A stretch of DNA of 61,224 bases, filler included, from Dugesia japonica (lineage: Eukaryota): assembly GCA_001938525.1 (NCBI GenBank). It is 4 parts of 4 records of this genome, joined end to end, with 100 filler letters (N's around TTAATTAATTAA, not from the genome) between each part and the next. Parts side by side here need not be neighbours in the genome. Positions count along the whole stretch, not along the records: positions 16,779 to 36,533 come from MQRL01640432.1; positions 36,634 to 51,914 come from MQRL01500355.1; 2 more parts are not named here. One strand, written 5' to 3'. Positions 26,810 through 39,281 of this stretch are shown here, piece by piece; the first letter of the stretch is position 1; each line of letters begins with the position of its first letter. The notes beneath the pieces were generated by a model. That model was not told the origin of the DNA and did not search any database. It worked only from the letters and a program-made list of their open reading frames with translations. Position numbers and translations under genes: made by a program.

Positions 26810-27270
26810 AATTTAATTTCTTGTTTAAATTGATAGATATTTATGATTTCTTGTTTAATTAAGGTTAAATTATTTATTTTTTGTTTGAATTAAGTGAAAT
26901 TAATTATTCTTTGTTTAAATTTAACATAATTAATGATTTTTTAAGTAAATTAGTTGAAATTAATTATTTTTTCAAATGAAGGGAAATTACCCATTGTTTA
27001 ATTTAAATTTCCCCCGAGAAATATTAAGATTAGTCTCGCCGGACAATATTAATATGAATATAAGATACTCAACCGGGCAATATTAATATTAACATTAGAT
27101 GCTCCCCAACATAATATTAAAACAAATATCCTCTGGGCCGACATTTTAATATCATTAATATCCCCGGGCAGACATAATATTAACATTAATATACCTCATG
27201 CAATATTAACATTAACAATAATATCCCCCGGGAAATATTAATATTAAGATGATATGCTTTTCGTCAATAT
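26810..27270. repeat. Two blocks of ~31-bp tandem repeats (Polinton subterminal type)
   Basis: TTGTTTAAATTAAGTGAAATTAAT-like units, then AATATTAATATTAACATTA..CCC.GG units. Confidence 0.7.
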
Positions 27271-27449
27271 TAGCAATACATAAAAATATAAATACATAAA
27301 AAACCCATAAATGAATCAGTTTGATAGGTTACTTAATCCGATTCATTTTGTTTTTTCGCCTGATTATTAAACAATCAAATGAATTTCTAATAAATTCAAA
27401 TAAATTCAATACCTGTATATTCTATTGTTGATCCAAAGTCTTATTTATT

Positions 27450-30400
27450 GCGGTCAAACTATAATGTCCGTATAGAACACTGGTGTTTTCATGTGTCTAT
27501 ACTCTCTTATCGTCATTTTTGGTCAATGCTATTTTTGGTCCCATAAAGCTATACAATTAGTGGTTTCTTGTACCTATTCTAAATTGATTTACTGAGACCG
27601 GTTAATTGTTGTAACAATCTAGATACGACTGGTGTGTTAAGTCGCTATCTTTTAATGTTACCCCCTAAGCCTTCATGCTAGTCTTTTCGCCAAGGAGACT
27701 GTAACATTTCGGTCTCAGAAAATCCCATTCCTTATATTTTACACCTTTGCTTTCGTCTTTGAATTTCCCTACTATTGAGTTCAACTTGTTATAAAGTGGA
27801 TGTTATACACTATAATTTGATGTGTCTAACAACTCGTCCTGAACCATCAATTCTAGTAATCCTTCCAACTTAATGTCTTTTACTTCCAGGAAAAAGCTGT
27901 CGGTATTGCCTGCCACTATATTTATCGGTCATTTTTCATCCATCTGATATTTTTCAAGCTCGTTGTATTGGAGGTTATACATTCTTAGCTTACTCAAGTC
28001 CAACACTGTCTGACCAATATAGCTTGGACGATTAAGACAAACTGTATCCTTTTTTTAGCAATACCGCAATGAAATCCTGGTCTATTTTAACAGTTTTTCT
28101 AAAGTTTGGCTTCGAAGCGTATGTAATAAGTTTCTTGGCTGAATTGCACAATCTGAGATTCACCTGTTTCTTTAGATTTCTACTGTTTTTCCGTAGAGGC
28201 TGTCTAAAAGCTTGTAGTAATTTTTGTCTAGATCTGATGCACTTATGAATGTTAGTTCAGTATTTTCATCTATATACTTCTTCAAAATATAATCTTGTGT
28301 GAATTTAACGGCTCTATGTATTTTAACAATCTTAAAACCAAGTTGTACGTACAGTTGTAGTAATCACCAATGTACAACATAATTAAATTTGGTATATTGT
28401 GTTAATAATAACTTATTTACCTGGTATTTCAATATCAACTTCTACTGTGTAACCATACGATAATGAGTCTAGATCCGATGTTCTACATTCCATTGAAAAT
28501 CCATATATGGTAATTTCTGACTTAATGCTCACCCGTATAAGTTATTTATATCGATGTACAAAAGCTCAATGTTTTCTTCAGCTTTTTGACGATTGTAAGT
28601 CCACCTCTGATTCCTCCATCGAAAAATATGAACATATCATTGTCTGTAAGTAATTCAATAGGATCCTTTAGGATCATCAATGCTGATGCCCTGCTAATCC
28701 CTGGAATTCCAAAGAATGATAATGGCTCCAGTCCGTTGAGTGCTAGCGACTTGGCTCAAAATTGTTGAAAAAAGTCAGCTAGGAGAAATACATCTAGTTT
28801 TAGATAAACCATCATGTAGTCCGGTAAATTCTTGCATCCAGTAATAGTCCACATTTCTAGAGCCTTCTGATACGATTCTTCATTAATATCTTTCCATATT
28901 GGCGGCATACATTCGGTTTCTTCCAACACGGTCAGGCTTGTAGCAATGTCATATGGAATAATTCCCTTTGATTTGATAATTCTGTAGTCAATAAACTCCT
29001 TGGATGTTAATGGAGTTGTTTTAATTGTTTTAACAGCCGTGTCCAAGAAGCTATTGATAAACTGATATGAATCAATAAACTTCATGGTTACCTTTTCCAT
29101 AAACATTGTTGGTAAACATGAAATATCGCAGTGAGAAAATTGATTGAGTTCATATTTTAATATATGGTGCAATTCATAACCTCTAAGATTATGCAAGACT
29201 AAATGTAATTCATATAGAACTTTTCTACTGAGATTACATGTTGAACATGCAGAACCTAAGTATTTACTGGTTTAATGATCATGGTCTCGAACCGGTTTAA
29301 TGATTATCTTCTTACATAAATGGCAAATAGTCGTTTCTTTGAATTTAATATCTTCTTCTGTTGTTATTTCAATCTTTTCCTTGCTATTTTCTTGATAGTA
29401 AGGGTATACAATGTTCTTGGTAATTTCTTCAATCATTTTCAAGAAATTGTAAACCCAGTCTAATCCGATTAATTGATGTTATTGAAATTCATTAGTAAAA
29501 GTATTTTCTAACAAAAGTCCTGCTGATATATTTAGATGTTTCTGGTAATTTTCAGGATCCTTCTCTAGCACTGATTCGAAATCAGCGTAAATTACATAAG
29601 GTGAAGTCATATTTTTTGAATAATCTGTAAATATTAATTCTTTTTCTGTAGGCATTTTATAAAGAGTGGTTCCCGTTTGTATCTTTTCACAAATTGGTTC
29701 ATGGATCTGAAAAGATTTAGTTTATCTAATTCCATTCAGACTATTGGGACACTAGATTGATTGAATTCCAACACCATTCTTATTAATATCTCTGTTCATC
29801 AATCTATTTAAATTTACCACAGCAATTTAATGGAATTGATTGCGTTATTTGAAATTTATTTGAAATTTTTTTCCAATATCCTACTAAGAATCCAGCTACT
29901 TACTAATTCGCTTCTTACAACGATCTTCTCATTTAATACTCTAATTCCCTCTTTGAAAAACCTTTCACTAAGTAGCACTATTAGATAAATGACAATTTTT
30001 GATTTCATCTCTTATGAACTCAACATGAATTCCAAACTTAACTTTTACAAACCTTCATTTCTCCAATTATTTTCTACCAAACTATCTGTTAAAATTATCT
30101 CTCGCATGTTAATCTTGAAACATCTAATTTCAAGATCTGATGACATTTGTGCAAGTCGGTTTCAATAACAGATTCGTCCAAAGAACCACAAACCTGTACT
30201 TCTTGCAAATATTTTTGTAATACTTCTTCGGCAACATGTTCCTCATTAAGATCCTCTTCATTTAGTTCTTCAATTATTTGAATATTATTCCAGTCCATTT
30301 CTTTATTAACAACTTCTGGTTCGATAAAAATTGGTTCATTCTTGATTATTTCTTTCTCAATAACAATCACTTCATGGTGGACCATCAAGAATTTCCATTA

Positions 30401-30600
30401 ACAATTGTTTTTTACTTGAACTAAATTGTGTCAAATGATGTGCATTCGACCCATAAAAATCTTGGTATGTACTAAAACCTAATGTGGTGCATGCTAGACA
30501 AACATAATATTTTTTCCCGCAATAAATAAGACGTTAATATTTTTCCATTTTCTCATGACAGTTTGAATTTCCGCAATAGTTGTTTATATCTCTGTTGAAA
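27450..30600 (-). pseudogene. Polinton/Maverick protein-primed DNA polymerase B, near full length, decayed
   Basis: YADFESVL, RDHDH..SKYLGSACSTCN, HNLRGY, FIDSYQF, YLKLDVFLLAD, YIDINNLYG, SLYGK, GNTDSFF, GKFKDE, LRPKCYS; multiple stops and frameshifts. Confidence 0.9.
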
Positions 30601-30745
30601 CATATATAATTTAAAATCAATATCAAAATATCATTAATAAATCGTTATGTCATAAATTTGTTGGGGTTTCACTTGAGTTGATGGTGAAAAGAAACGCTGG
30701 CCGGGGAAAAACGGTCCTCAGGGGATCCTCGTCAACAATTTGAAT

Positions 30746-31131
30746 CTAACGTCTCTTTGTTAGATATTCAGTGTAGAGCGGTTGACCTCCAACTCTTATT
30801 TGAGGTACACACTCGTACACCTTTAGTTCGGGTTCCTTATTTTCATCGTCGTTGTCATCCCAACGAAGCCATGCCGAGTTTCCTAATTGCCTCGACAAGT
30901 CAGCTATACAGCGCTGTAAGAATTCAATTTTGTTTTGCAGAATCCTCTGTGTTTGTTCTGCAAGGTCACATTGTTTTTTCACGATGAAGTCTAGCTTTTT
31001 TAGCTTATTTCGCTGCGTGAGATGCTTGAGTAAGGCATGTTCAGTCTGTCGTTTGAGATGACGCTCTAACAGAAGTCACCAGATTATTCTGTTGCAGCGC
31101 CTCAAACTGTTGGGGAATATAATTCGTGGCA
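30746..31131 (-). pseudogene. Element ORF B, coiled-coil-like orphan (copy 2)
   Basis: After acceptor tttag|TG: PRIIFPNSLRRCNRIIW*LLLERHLKRQ...LAEQTQRILQNKIEFLQRCIADLSRQLG; homologs in copies 1 and 3. Confidence 0.75.
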
Positions 31132-31249
31132 CTAAATAAATAATGTTAATAAAATATGACTTAATTTTGATTCAAGACTAAATTTATAAAAAGAAAATAA
31201 TCCTTAAAATGAAGACCAGAGGTTACAATCAAAACTTTTATTTACAAAT

Positions 31250-31615
31250 TCAGAGTAAGTAAAACGAAATTCGCGACCGCCATGTCTGAATGACTTTGTC
31301 GACCATCAGAGGTTCGAGCGGCATCGCCGTTTTTAGCTTTAGAATATCATTGACCCATTCATTTTCTTGGTCTTGGCAGGACCGGATGACTTCGGTGAAG
31401 GACTCTATCTGCGTCTTCAATATTCTTTCCTGGGATTTGAACGCCTCAGCCTCCTTCCTAAACGCGACGCATTTGGCTTTGTATCGTTTTACTTTGGCCT
31501 CCGTGGAAGCGGTATGAGCCTCCCAACGTCGCTTTGCAAGCTTATATAGGTCCCATGTTATCTCCTGGCCACTACTTCTTATCAGGCGCTGCTGTGCGAT
31601 TTAATGATGAATGCA
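31250..31615 (-). pseudogene. Element ORF A, coiled-coil-like orphan (copy 2)
   Basis: After acceptor ttacag|TG: HSSLNR...TWDLYKLAKRRWEA...KCVAFRKEAEA...LKTAMPLEPL; homologs in copies 1 and 3. Confidence 0.75.
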
Positions 31616-31781
31616 CTGTAAACAAAATGAAGTATTAAATAGTAATCCTAGATAAAACAAAAAAGTTAAATAATAGACATATTTCCTATTACGATTTATG
31701 TGAGTCGTTAGTAACAAATTGTTAAACAGCGAAAGTTCAATTAATGAACAACAAAACAATGAAAGAAAGTGAAACGAATCG

Positions 31782-32207
31782 CTACACAGGAGTTTCATTA
31801 GCGGGATCAGAGTTTTTGGCATTGTTTTTTTCGACCAACTCGTGAACACTCCAGAGATGGTTTTGAATGAAAGCGCCCAGTTCAGAATAGGGAGGGATCT
31901 GCTCCGTGGACATACTCACAAACGAAGAGCCTTCTTGCCATACTCGAACCGTCTGGGGTTCCCCATTGATATCTATTTGGGTAGTGGTAACGGCGTGCAG
32001 GACTGTGCGGGTGCGATCTGGTCCGTCGGAGTTATAGTAAGATGCACGTTCGTTCGCATCCCATTCCAGTTCGTCGTTAAGTTCCTCCAGCGATAAATTC
32101 TGTCGTTCTACTAAAACCCCGGCATCTCTATTATGCGGGTTTCAGTACCTTTTAAATACGGTACGCCCCGTGCAGTGATCCAATACGACTTCCAATTTGA
32201 ATTCCAT
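31782..32207 (-). pseudogene. Element ORF C orphan (copy 2)
   Basis: ttacag|ATG, then MEFKLEVVLDHCTGRTVFKRY*NPHNR...YYNSDGPDRTR...LWSV...ETPV*; homolog at 44814-45233. Confidence 0.72.
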
Positions 32208-32365
32208 CTGTAAATTATTTTCGACATTTATGAGTTACTAAATGTATTACTTTATTATAAAATGAATTATACGAAAGGTCTATTATTATATGGGTGGTGG
32301 TTTAACTTTTATTTTAAACAAGATAGCATAGTAAGAAAAAATTATATTTATTAGCAGAATTAAAC

Positions 32366-32545
32366 CTATTCGTCCATGTCCTTATTTAACTTTAAGGGAA
32401 ATAACTCGACGAAACATAGTAAATCGGTTTCGTCGGGGTGTTCTATCTGTTAAGGGAATAGTAGATGAGTGATTAATTGTTTCATCCGGGTGGCTTTTCT
32501 CTGCTTCTGGATCAATCTGAATGTGCGTAACAGTTTTGCCGACAT
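32366..32545 (-). pseudogene. Element ORF D orphan (copy 2)
   Basis: MSAKLLRTFRLIQKQRKATRMKQLITHLLFP*QIEHPDETDLLCFVELFP; homolog at 44492. Confidence 0.7.
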
Positions 32546-35324
32546 TCTCTAAATTAATAATCCATAAACACTTTTAAACTCATTAAAACCTGTCACTATA
32601 TCCAATGAGTGACGTATAAAAGAAACATTCATCGTCCTGCTACTACCGACAACCCCTGAGTAAATATAAACTTAATAAAGGGTTGTGGGGGTATCAGTGT
32701 TGCTAACCATAATAATCATCAATAGAAGATTAGTAGGAGGATAATATAATTAATAACAAAAGTAGATAATAATATTATTAATTTTAATTGTAACAGTTAT
32801 GGTAGCAAAATTAATGAATTTGCTGACGATAATAATGAGGATGTCCTGAGTAGTAGCAGTAATAATACCCGCGCAAAAATTGCTCATAACCACATTATGG
32901 CTGGTATATTAACTATAAACATGGAACTAGTGAAAAGAATGATAATTACGTTACATCTTTAACGACTAATTCGATATAGCATGAATATTCTATAGTGATC
33001 CGCGAATTAGTGAGTCTAAACTCGAAACCATTGATTGAAAACGTAAAAAATAAATAATCTAAAACAATTATCCAGAATTATTAGTCGAATTAGAGTAATT
33101 GCCTATAATCATGGTGAAATAAAAACAGCTCTTAATTTGTAACTATAAAGTTATTGATATTATAATAATTCAAATATAATAACTCCTTATTAATTTATCG
33201 ATAAATTTGCGTAAAAAATAAAAATCTAAACATATCCATAATTGATATTTGCGATATCATCATCGTCGCGAGTCATGTATGATACGAATGTTTCATCGAT
33301 GTGAAAATTAGCTTGAATTCGATAAAATTGCTGGACTCCGGAATTGCGTAAAGCATATACCTCAATCGTGTGATAGTTAGCATCCAACAACAAGGAACGT
33401 TGTCACCAGTATTAAAGATCACCAGAACTTTATATAACTCTTCAATGTGAGCAGTTATAGAGAGATTTAGAATCAGAAGTAATCTACTACAGTAAAGTGT
33501 AATGCTACTTATGCACACCATTAAAAAAAAACATATCAACTAATTTAAGTGATACTTCAATTCTTGTGTGTGATGACTCAATTCCTGGTGAAGTGATGAG
33601 TGGTTTACATACTGGTAGGCAATGAATAGTTGTGTCAATTTTTTCTCTTCACTAAAATAGCTTAATATATTTCCACTTAGCAGAAATAAAAAGACCATAG
33701 GTGTCATTCGTAATGTGACGTTCTTTCTCACGATGGAGTTGTTTCTTAATTTGTCAGCAATAAATTTCTGGAGTAATGCATATCAACTCAGAATTTCTTC
33801 TGTAAGACTATGAATTGTAACAAAAATAAACCATAGTGCGTCGATCATACAGGCCATAGAGAAAAACGACAATAGTATTAATATATTGGTCTGCGCATAC
33901 TCGTTAGCTATCATAAAACAAACATAATAATTAAGATCATAATAATTTAACTAATCAATAATTTTTATTAAATTTTCATCTAGTACAACTAATATAAACG
34001 AAATAGATAATTAACACATGCTTACATTTATATAGGTTCTCTTGCTGCAACGAGGATAACGACAGTGTTGAATTAAATTCTTGAAATATTTCTTCGGTTT
34101 AACTGACAAACAATGTTCTCTTCTAAAATGTAGTTGTTAAATGTTATGAGTGAATAATTAAACCACTGATGAATAGTTGGTTGCTTCTGCAATAGTTGTT
34201 ATTATAAAATTGATTGAAGATTTCGTGCGTAACTCTACGAGTCGAGATAAAAATTTTTTTAAGCATATAAATGACTAAAATTCAGGTTGTTTAAATACTA
34301 ATTCTCGATGCATCTCGACACCATTGTTATTGGTTGCTATTTTTAATTCAAAATTCCTGCTTTCCATTGGTTCTGGTGTTGATTTTTCATGGATCTTTTG
34401 AACTTTTATTGTCTTCTATTTTTAAATCACTATGTGATGCTCGGGTCTTTGTTTCATTTTCTTTTTCTTTACACCTTATTGGCCCAATCTTTGAACCCTT
34501 GCAGAACCCCTCCTGGTGGTGATACGATTTTCCGGTTGTGAAATCCTATTACCCAGGTACTTTTTCTTTCCAGTGTTTCTTATTAACAGCTTCTGCGATT
34601 TTGCTGAGCAAAGTAATTCGTTAAATACGGATTTTTGACTAATTTTAATTTATTTTATTTAAAAATTAATTAATATTTTCTGGTAATTAATTATCTTTCC
34701 ATAGTAATTTTCTTGACTTTTATTATTAATCCAATAATTTTTTTAAATTGTTATCATTGATGCGGGTTAGCTTTATTCACCCAAGTTCTTCATATCCATC
34801 TTCACTTTTATTTTACTCTTTTAATGGTTATTTTCATTATATCCTATTTTTGATTTTAATTGCTTTTCCTTTCGAATTCCTTTATTGATAATTATAATAG
34901 CCCTGCCGTCTTTCTTTAATGATATGAGCTTTTTGCCTCATTTTCTTCTCTAACTGGGTGTTTCACCCCAACAAATTTAATTAAAATAATGTAAAATCAA
35001 CATTATCAAATTATTATATATTATAAATCAAAATAATTTAAAATGAATCCTTATCAATTACTTATCATTAATTACTTTGGTTGTTAAAAATTATGAGAAT
35101 GTTATTTCATTTTATTTTATTTTACTCAAACTAATTTTACTAATTTACTAATAAACTAATTCAATTAACATTACAATTAATTAGAATTTCTTACAAAACC
35201 AAATTTTTACAAATAATTACATTTAAAATCATTACAATTAAAATGAATATTACAAATTAAAATGTTATTACAAATAATTCAATAAAATAAATTCATAAAT
35301 TCTAACCTGGTTTTAAATTTAAAT

Positions 35325-35525
35325 TATCATTTATTTGTTCCATTATAAAATACAATAGTATTTGGTCGATTGTAAAATCCATTAGCAATTATACTATAAT
35401 AAAATTTATTAGCATTTGTTCCATTGTAAAATCCCTTCGCATTTGTACCATAGTAAAATCCATTGAAATTTGATCCATTATTAAATAAATTTCATTTGTT
35501 TGATTGCCAAATCCGTAGACATTTA
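35325..35525. repeat. ~31-bp tandem repeat
   Basis: ATTAGCATTTGTTCCATTGTAAAATCC-like units. Confidence 0.7.
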
Positions 35526-35938
35526 AATTTTCATTCTAAAGAATAAATTTAATTAAAAAATTAAATATCATACTTCATTAAATTTGCTTTCCATTGAAGA
35601 AACATTCATTGAGTCCATCATTTTGTTGTCCATTTTTTGTAAATTTTCTAAAACATAAATTTGAAATATATTAAAAAATACATTGAAAACTTACCAAGTG
35701 TTTGTGAAATAATGACGAAATGATATAAGTATTTCGTTTATATACTAGTCATTGCGTAATCAATGCACACATGCATGTACCCTAGAGTTTATAGATACAC
35801 ACATATATTTCTTTTATAAATATATATCATTACACACTATATTGTTCTAGAAATTAAATGACGGACATTTAATTTTTTAATGCGATAAAACAAAGTTCAT
35901 TTAATAAATATATATATATATATATATTTTTCCAGCCA

Positions 35939-36125
35939 TATTATTATTATTAGNNNNNNNNNNNNNNNNNNNNNNNNNNNNNNNNNNNNNNNNNNNNNNN
36001 NNNNNNNNNNNNNNNNNNNNNNNNNNNNNNNNNNNNNNNNNNNNNNNNNNNNNNNNNNNNNNNNNNNNNNNNNNNNNNNNNNNNNNNNNNNNNNNNNNNN
36101 NNNNNNNNNNNNNNNNNNNNNNNNN

Positions 36126-36171
<46 letters not shown>

Positions 36172-36200
36172 ATTATTATTATTATTAATAATAATATTAA
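35939..36200. repeat. (TAT)n microsatellite spanning a gap
   Basis: Seen directly. Confidence 0.9.
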
Positions 36201-36533
36201 TATTCTTAATATTTTATTTCATCTGGATATTAATAAAATTTTCTTTAACAGTTACAATAAAAAAACAAAGTAAATAACTAACACATTTTGTCCTAATACA
36301 TTTATTTAATCTAATCACACATTACAATGTTGAAATTTCAACCATAATAAGCAATGCTGTCCACAAGTTGTCGTAAACTATTACTGATATTAGTAGGGGG
36401 ATAGTAGCGCACGGTCACTACTCACATAGCACTGGGCGAACCCCCCCACCATTTTAAATTTCTCCATTTTAAATTCTTCAGTGACCATGTTAATGGAACC
36501 TTTACATATGATTGACCATATTAATGGAACCTT

Positions 36534-36633
36534 NNNNNNNNNNNNNNNNNNNNNNNNNNNNNNNNNNNNNNNNNNNNTTAATTAATTAANNNNNNNNNNN
36601 NNNNNNNNNNNNNNNNNNNNNNNNNNNNNNNNN
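36534..36633. other. Artificial scaffold linker
   Basis: N44-TTAATTAATTAA-N44. Confidence 0.95.
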
Positions 36634-36890
36634 TTATTATAACGATGTATTATCAAATAAATATTTTTATTAGAATAATAAAGACTTTTAATCATCGCAA
36701 AATAACCGTAGGGAAATTATAGAACCCGAACAAAAGGTTTATAGGTGTGCACCTTCCATAAAGGGTAAGGTCAACCACCATAAACTGAAAACCTACCATA
36801 GGGACGGTAGGGTTAAATTCTTGAAAGGGTTTCCTTGAGGACTGTTTTTTCCCCAGTCACCTTTTTTCAAACTCAGGTGGAACCCCAACA
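36634..36890 (+). mobile_element. 3' terminus of a fourth copy of the TGTTGGGG...CCCCAACA element
   Basis: Ends AACTCAGGTGGAACCCCAACA; last ~170 bp align with 46375-46547. Confidence 0.85.
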
Positions 36891-38818
36891 TAATTATTTA
36901 AAGCTCTTGTCAATCCCTCTCCTTTATTAATTTGTCTTCCAAATTTTGCTTCAATATTGTAAATGTAATTTTCGACTTTTTCATCCGTTTTGCTTTCGAC
37001 CTTTCGCATAAGCTAGTATCCAAAAATCTTCTTCATATCTATTCAGCCAATCAGATCTAATTTCTTTTCTGCTCTGTTTCAATTGTTCCAATGCATTCTA
37101 CCTCCTATCATTCCCAAAATTTTCCCTTTTTAAGAACCTGTATACTTTTTCTGTAACTTTCCCGATATCATCCCACTTCTCGAACTCTTGAGGAAAATAA
37201 ACCACTTCATTTAACAATGAATAGCTCCAACCAACTCATCTACTGGTGGAGTTGTCTTTTGAGTACTGCCTTTCAGAATAATTTTTGTATTCTTTCTCAT
37301 ATCCATCGTTTGATTGACTTCTTGATTCACAATGGCACGTATTCGATTTTCTGGCCTTCCTGCAGTCACAAATTTCTCGGTTGTTCTTTACATTTTCAAA
37401 TTTGTAACACTTTTCTGCCCTATATCCACCAATTTCATACGACCTTCATTACAGCAATTACATAAAAACCTTAAAATACATTTATTATTCAATTTGAAAC
37501 AGCTTATGGAAAAAATTGTTTATTATAACAGTGCGTCACGGTTTAAATATCCACTGAAGAATTTATATGTTCACCGGGCAAATAAAATTTCAATATGGAA
37601 AATATGTTCCTTATTTTAGTTTATTTCTTTCACTTTGTTTATTTGCATTAATTTTCGGTGTTTTCTGAATTCTTAGCAGTTGTAGATTTATAAATAAATA
37701 AAATAGTAAATTCACTTTTGGCAATAAACGCGAGAAAATAATGATCAGCTTAAAATATCAAATAAATTTAATACGAAAGAGTAATTCTTAAATCACAAAT
37801 GAGTTCTATAAAACAAGTTTTATAAATGCTGTGTGNACTCGACACCAATTTTGAATACACACAACTATAAAAAAGCATGCAGCATATAGTTTTTGTAGCA
37901 ATGAGCATACCTACAATACGTTAAATTAAGCTCATCTATTTCTAGCACCAGGTGAAGCCAGTAACCACATGCACCTCAGCAGTAGATCATAGGTGTCTTT
38001 GAAAATACTAATCAAAGATCTCTCAGTTAAATTATGTGAATTGCTATGGAGTCAGAATCCAACCGTGCGAGAGTTACCACCATGATTTCCACTGATAGAT
38101 TCATATGTATTCAAACTAATCGAATTTCAAGACAGTTTTTTCTTAAATTTGACAATAAATGATAATTTATTACCGTTGTTTTGATTTACTATATATTATG
38201 AAATTTGTATTTATTACTCAACCAAATGATAATTCCTATTTTTTATGTTCAAAATTACATTTATTTGCGAATAAACCTTCCTTTAAAATAAATTGACCGT
38301 GACAATATGCAAACTCTGACAAACAATAATTAAATAAGAACCAATCTAGAAATTGAATTTAATAGATCCCGATTGTAATTTTCAATCCAAAATTACTAAT
38401 TATTAACAATCAATGAAGTTTCATTAACATTACAAAAATTAGTTTTTATTAAAATATTGATTCTTTCAATATTTGTGAAATCAACATCTTATTTTTTTAT
38501 CTTAAATGTATGAAAATGATCTTTATTACGCTAAATTTCATCTTCAATTATATTTTACAAACTAAACGGAAGTTTTGTAATTAATTAATCTATATATGTA
38601 CAACCTCTTTCAACGAGATGAAACATAATTTAATGTCTACATAAACTATTGAATTTAGCAAACCCTTAGAATATCACAAATTGATATTTGATTATAGCTA
38701 AAACAATCATTCTATTATTATATTTTATTAATTTATATAAAATTGAAATCATAGAAAAACACTTTTATTACTATAAAACTATTTCTAATTTAATTACACT
38801 AAATGCACAAACAATACA

Positions 38819-39257
38819 TTAATCAAATTTGCCCAAAAGATCTGCTTCCCGAAATAAATAATATTCCTATGAATAGAATATTAAATACGTCAATTCAAAT
38901 AATTTATACTTTTTCGTCAAGTAAAAGTTTTGTTCCACCATATTCTGGGAGAAAAACTTTGTCACCTATTTTGACAGTGAGCGGCAATATTTTTCCATCC
39001 TTCAATATCATCAATAATATAATAAGTTATATTTAAATAAATTTACATTGGTTCTCATTCCCTCACCAACAGCAAGAACTTCACCTTCCAAAACCTTGCC
39101 TTTAGAAGTTTCAGGTAACATTATTCCTCCTTTTGATGTAGATTGAGCTTCAAACCTTTGGATGAGAACTCTATCAAATAAAGGCAAAAATTTCTTAAAT
39201 GCTTTTGATGCCTAAATCAAAATGTTCATAAGCTACTTTGCACATAAATCTTACCAT
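38819..39257 (-). CDS. HSPE1: 10 kDa mitochondrial co-chaperonin Hsp10, 101 aa, 4 exons (39255-39257, 39047-39211, 38910-38999, 38819-38866)
   Basis: M|ASKAFKKFLPLFDRVLIQR...SKGGIMLPE...VLAVGEG|DGK...GDKVFLPEYGGTK|EYYLFREADLLGKFD*. Three GT-AG introns of 43, 47 and 43 bp, all phase 0. Confidence 0.96.
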
Positions 39258-39271
39258 ATCAAAAAACGTGG

Positions 39272-39281
39272 TTTCTAGAAG
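39272..39281. promoter_or_regulatory. Heat-shock element-like nTTCnnGAAn upstream of hsp10
   Basis: TTCTAGAA at 39273-39280, with further GAA/TTC units near 39320-39340. Confidence 0.4.

Larger units (their letters stand above)
30659..34973 (-). mobile_element. TGTTGGGG...CCCCAACA LTR-like element, copy 2 (complete, 4315 bp)
   Basis: Perfect AATT TSD at 30655-30658 and 34974-34977; 8-bp TIR; carries ORFs D, C, A and B; inserted just upstream of the pPolB remnant. Confidence 0.9.

Noticed and set aside
27104-27111. CCCCAACA as the 3' end of the element starting at 20891
   Set aside because: No matching TSD, lacks the conserved terminal hairpins and lies in a tandem repeat.
30680-30790. Hammerhead ribozyme in the element 3' end (CTGAGGA plus GAAA-like motif)
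   Set aside because: Stems I and II do not close around the core, and the core nucleotides are not conserved across the four copies.
30757-32096. Plus-strand track ORFs inside element copy 2 (also 19782-20054, 44877-45083, 46047-46259)
   Set aside because: Antisense shadows of the conserved ORFs A, B and C.
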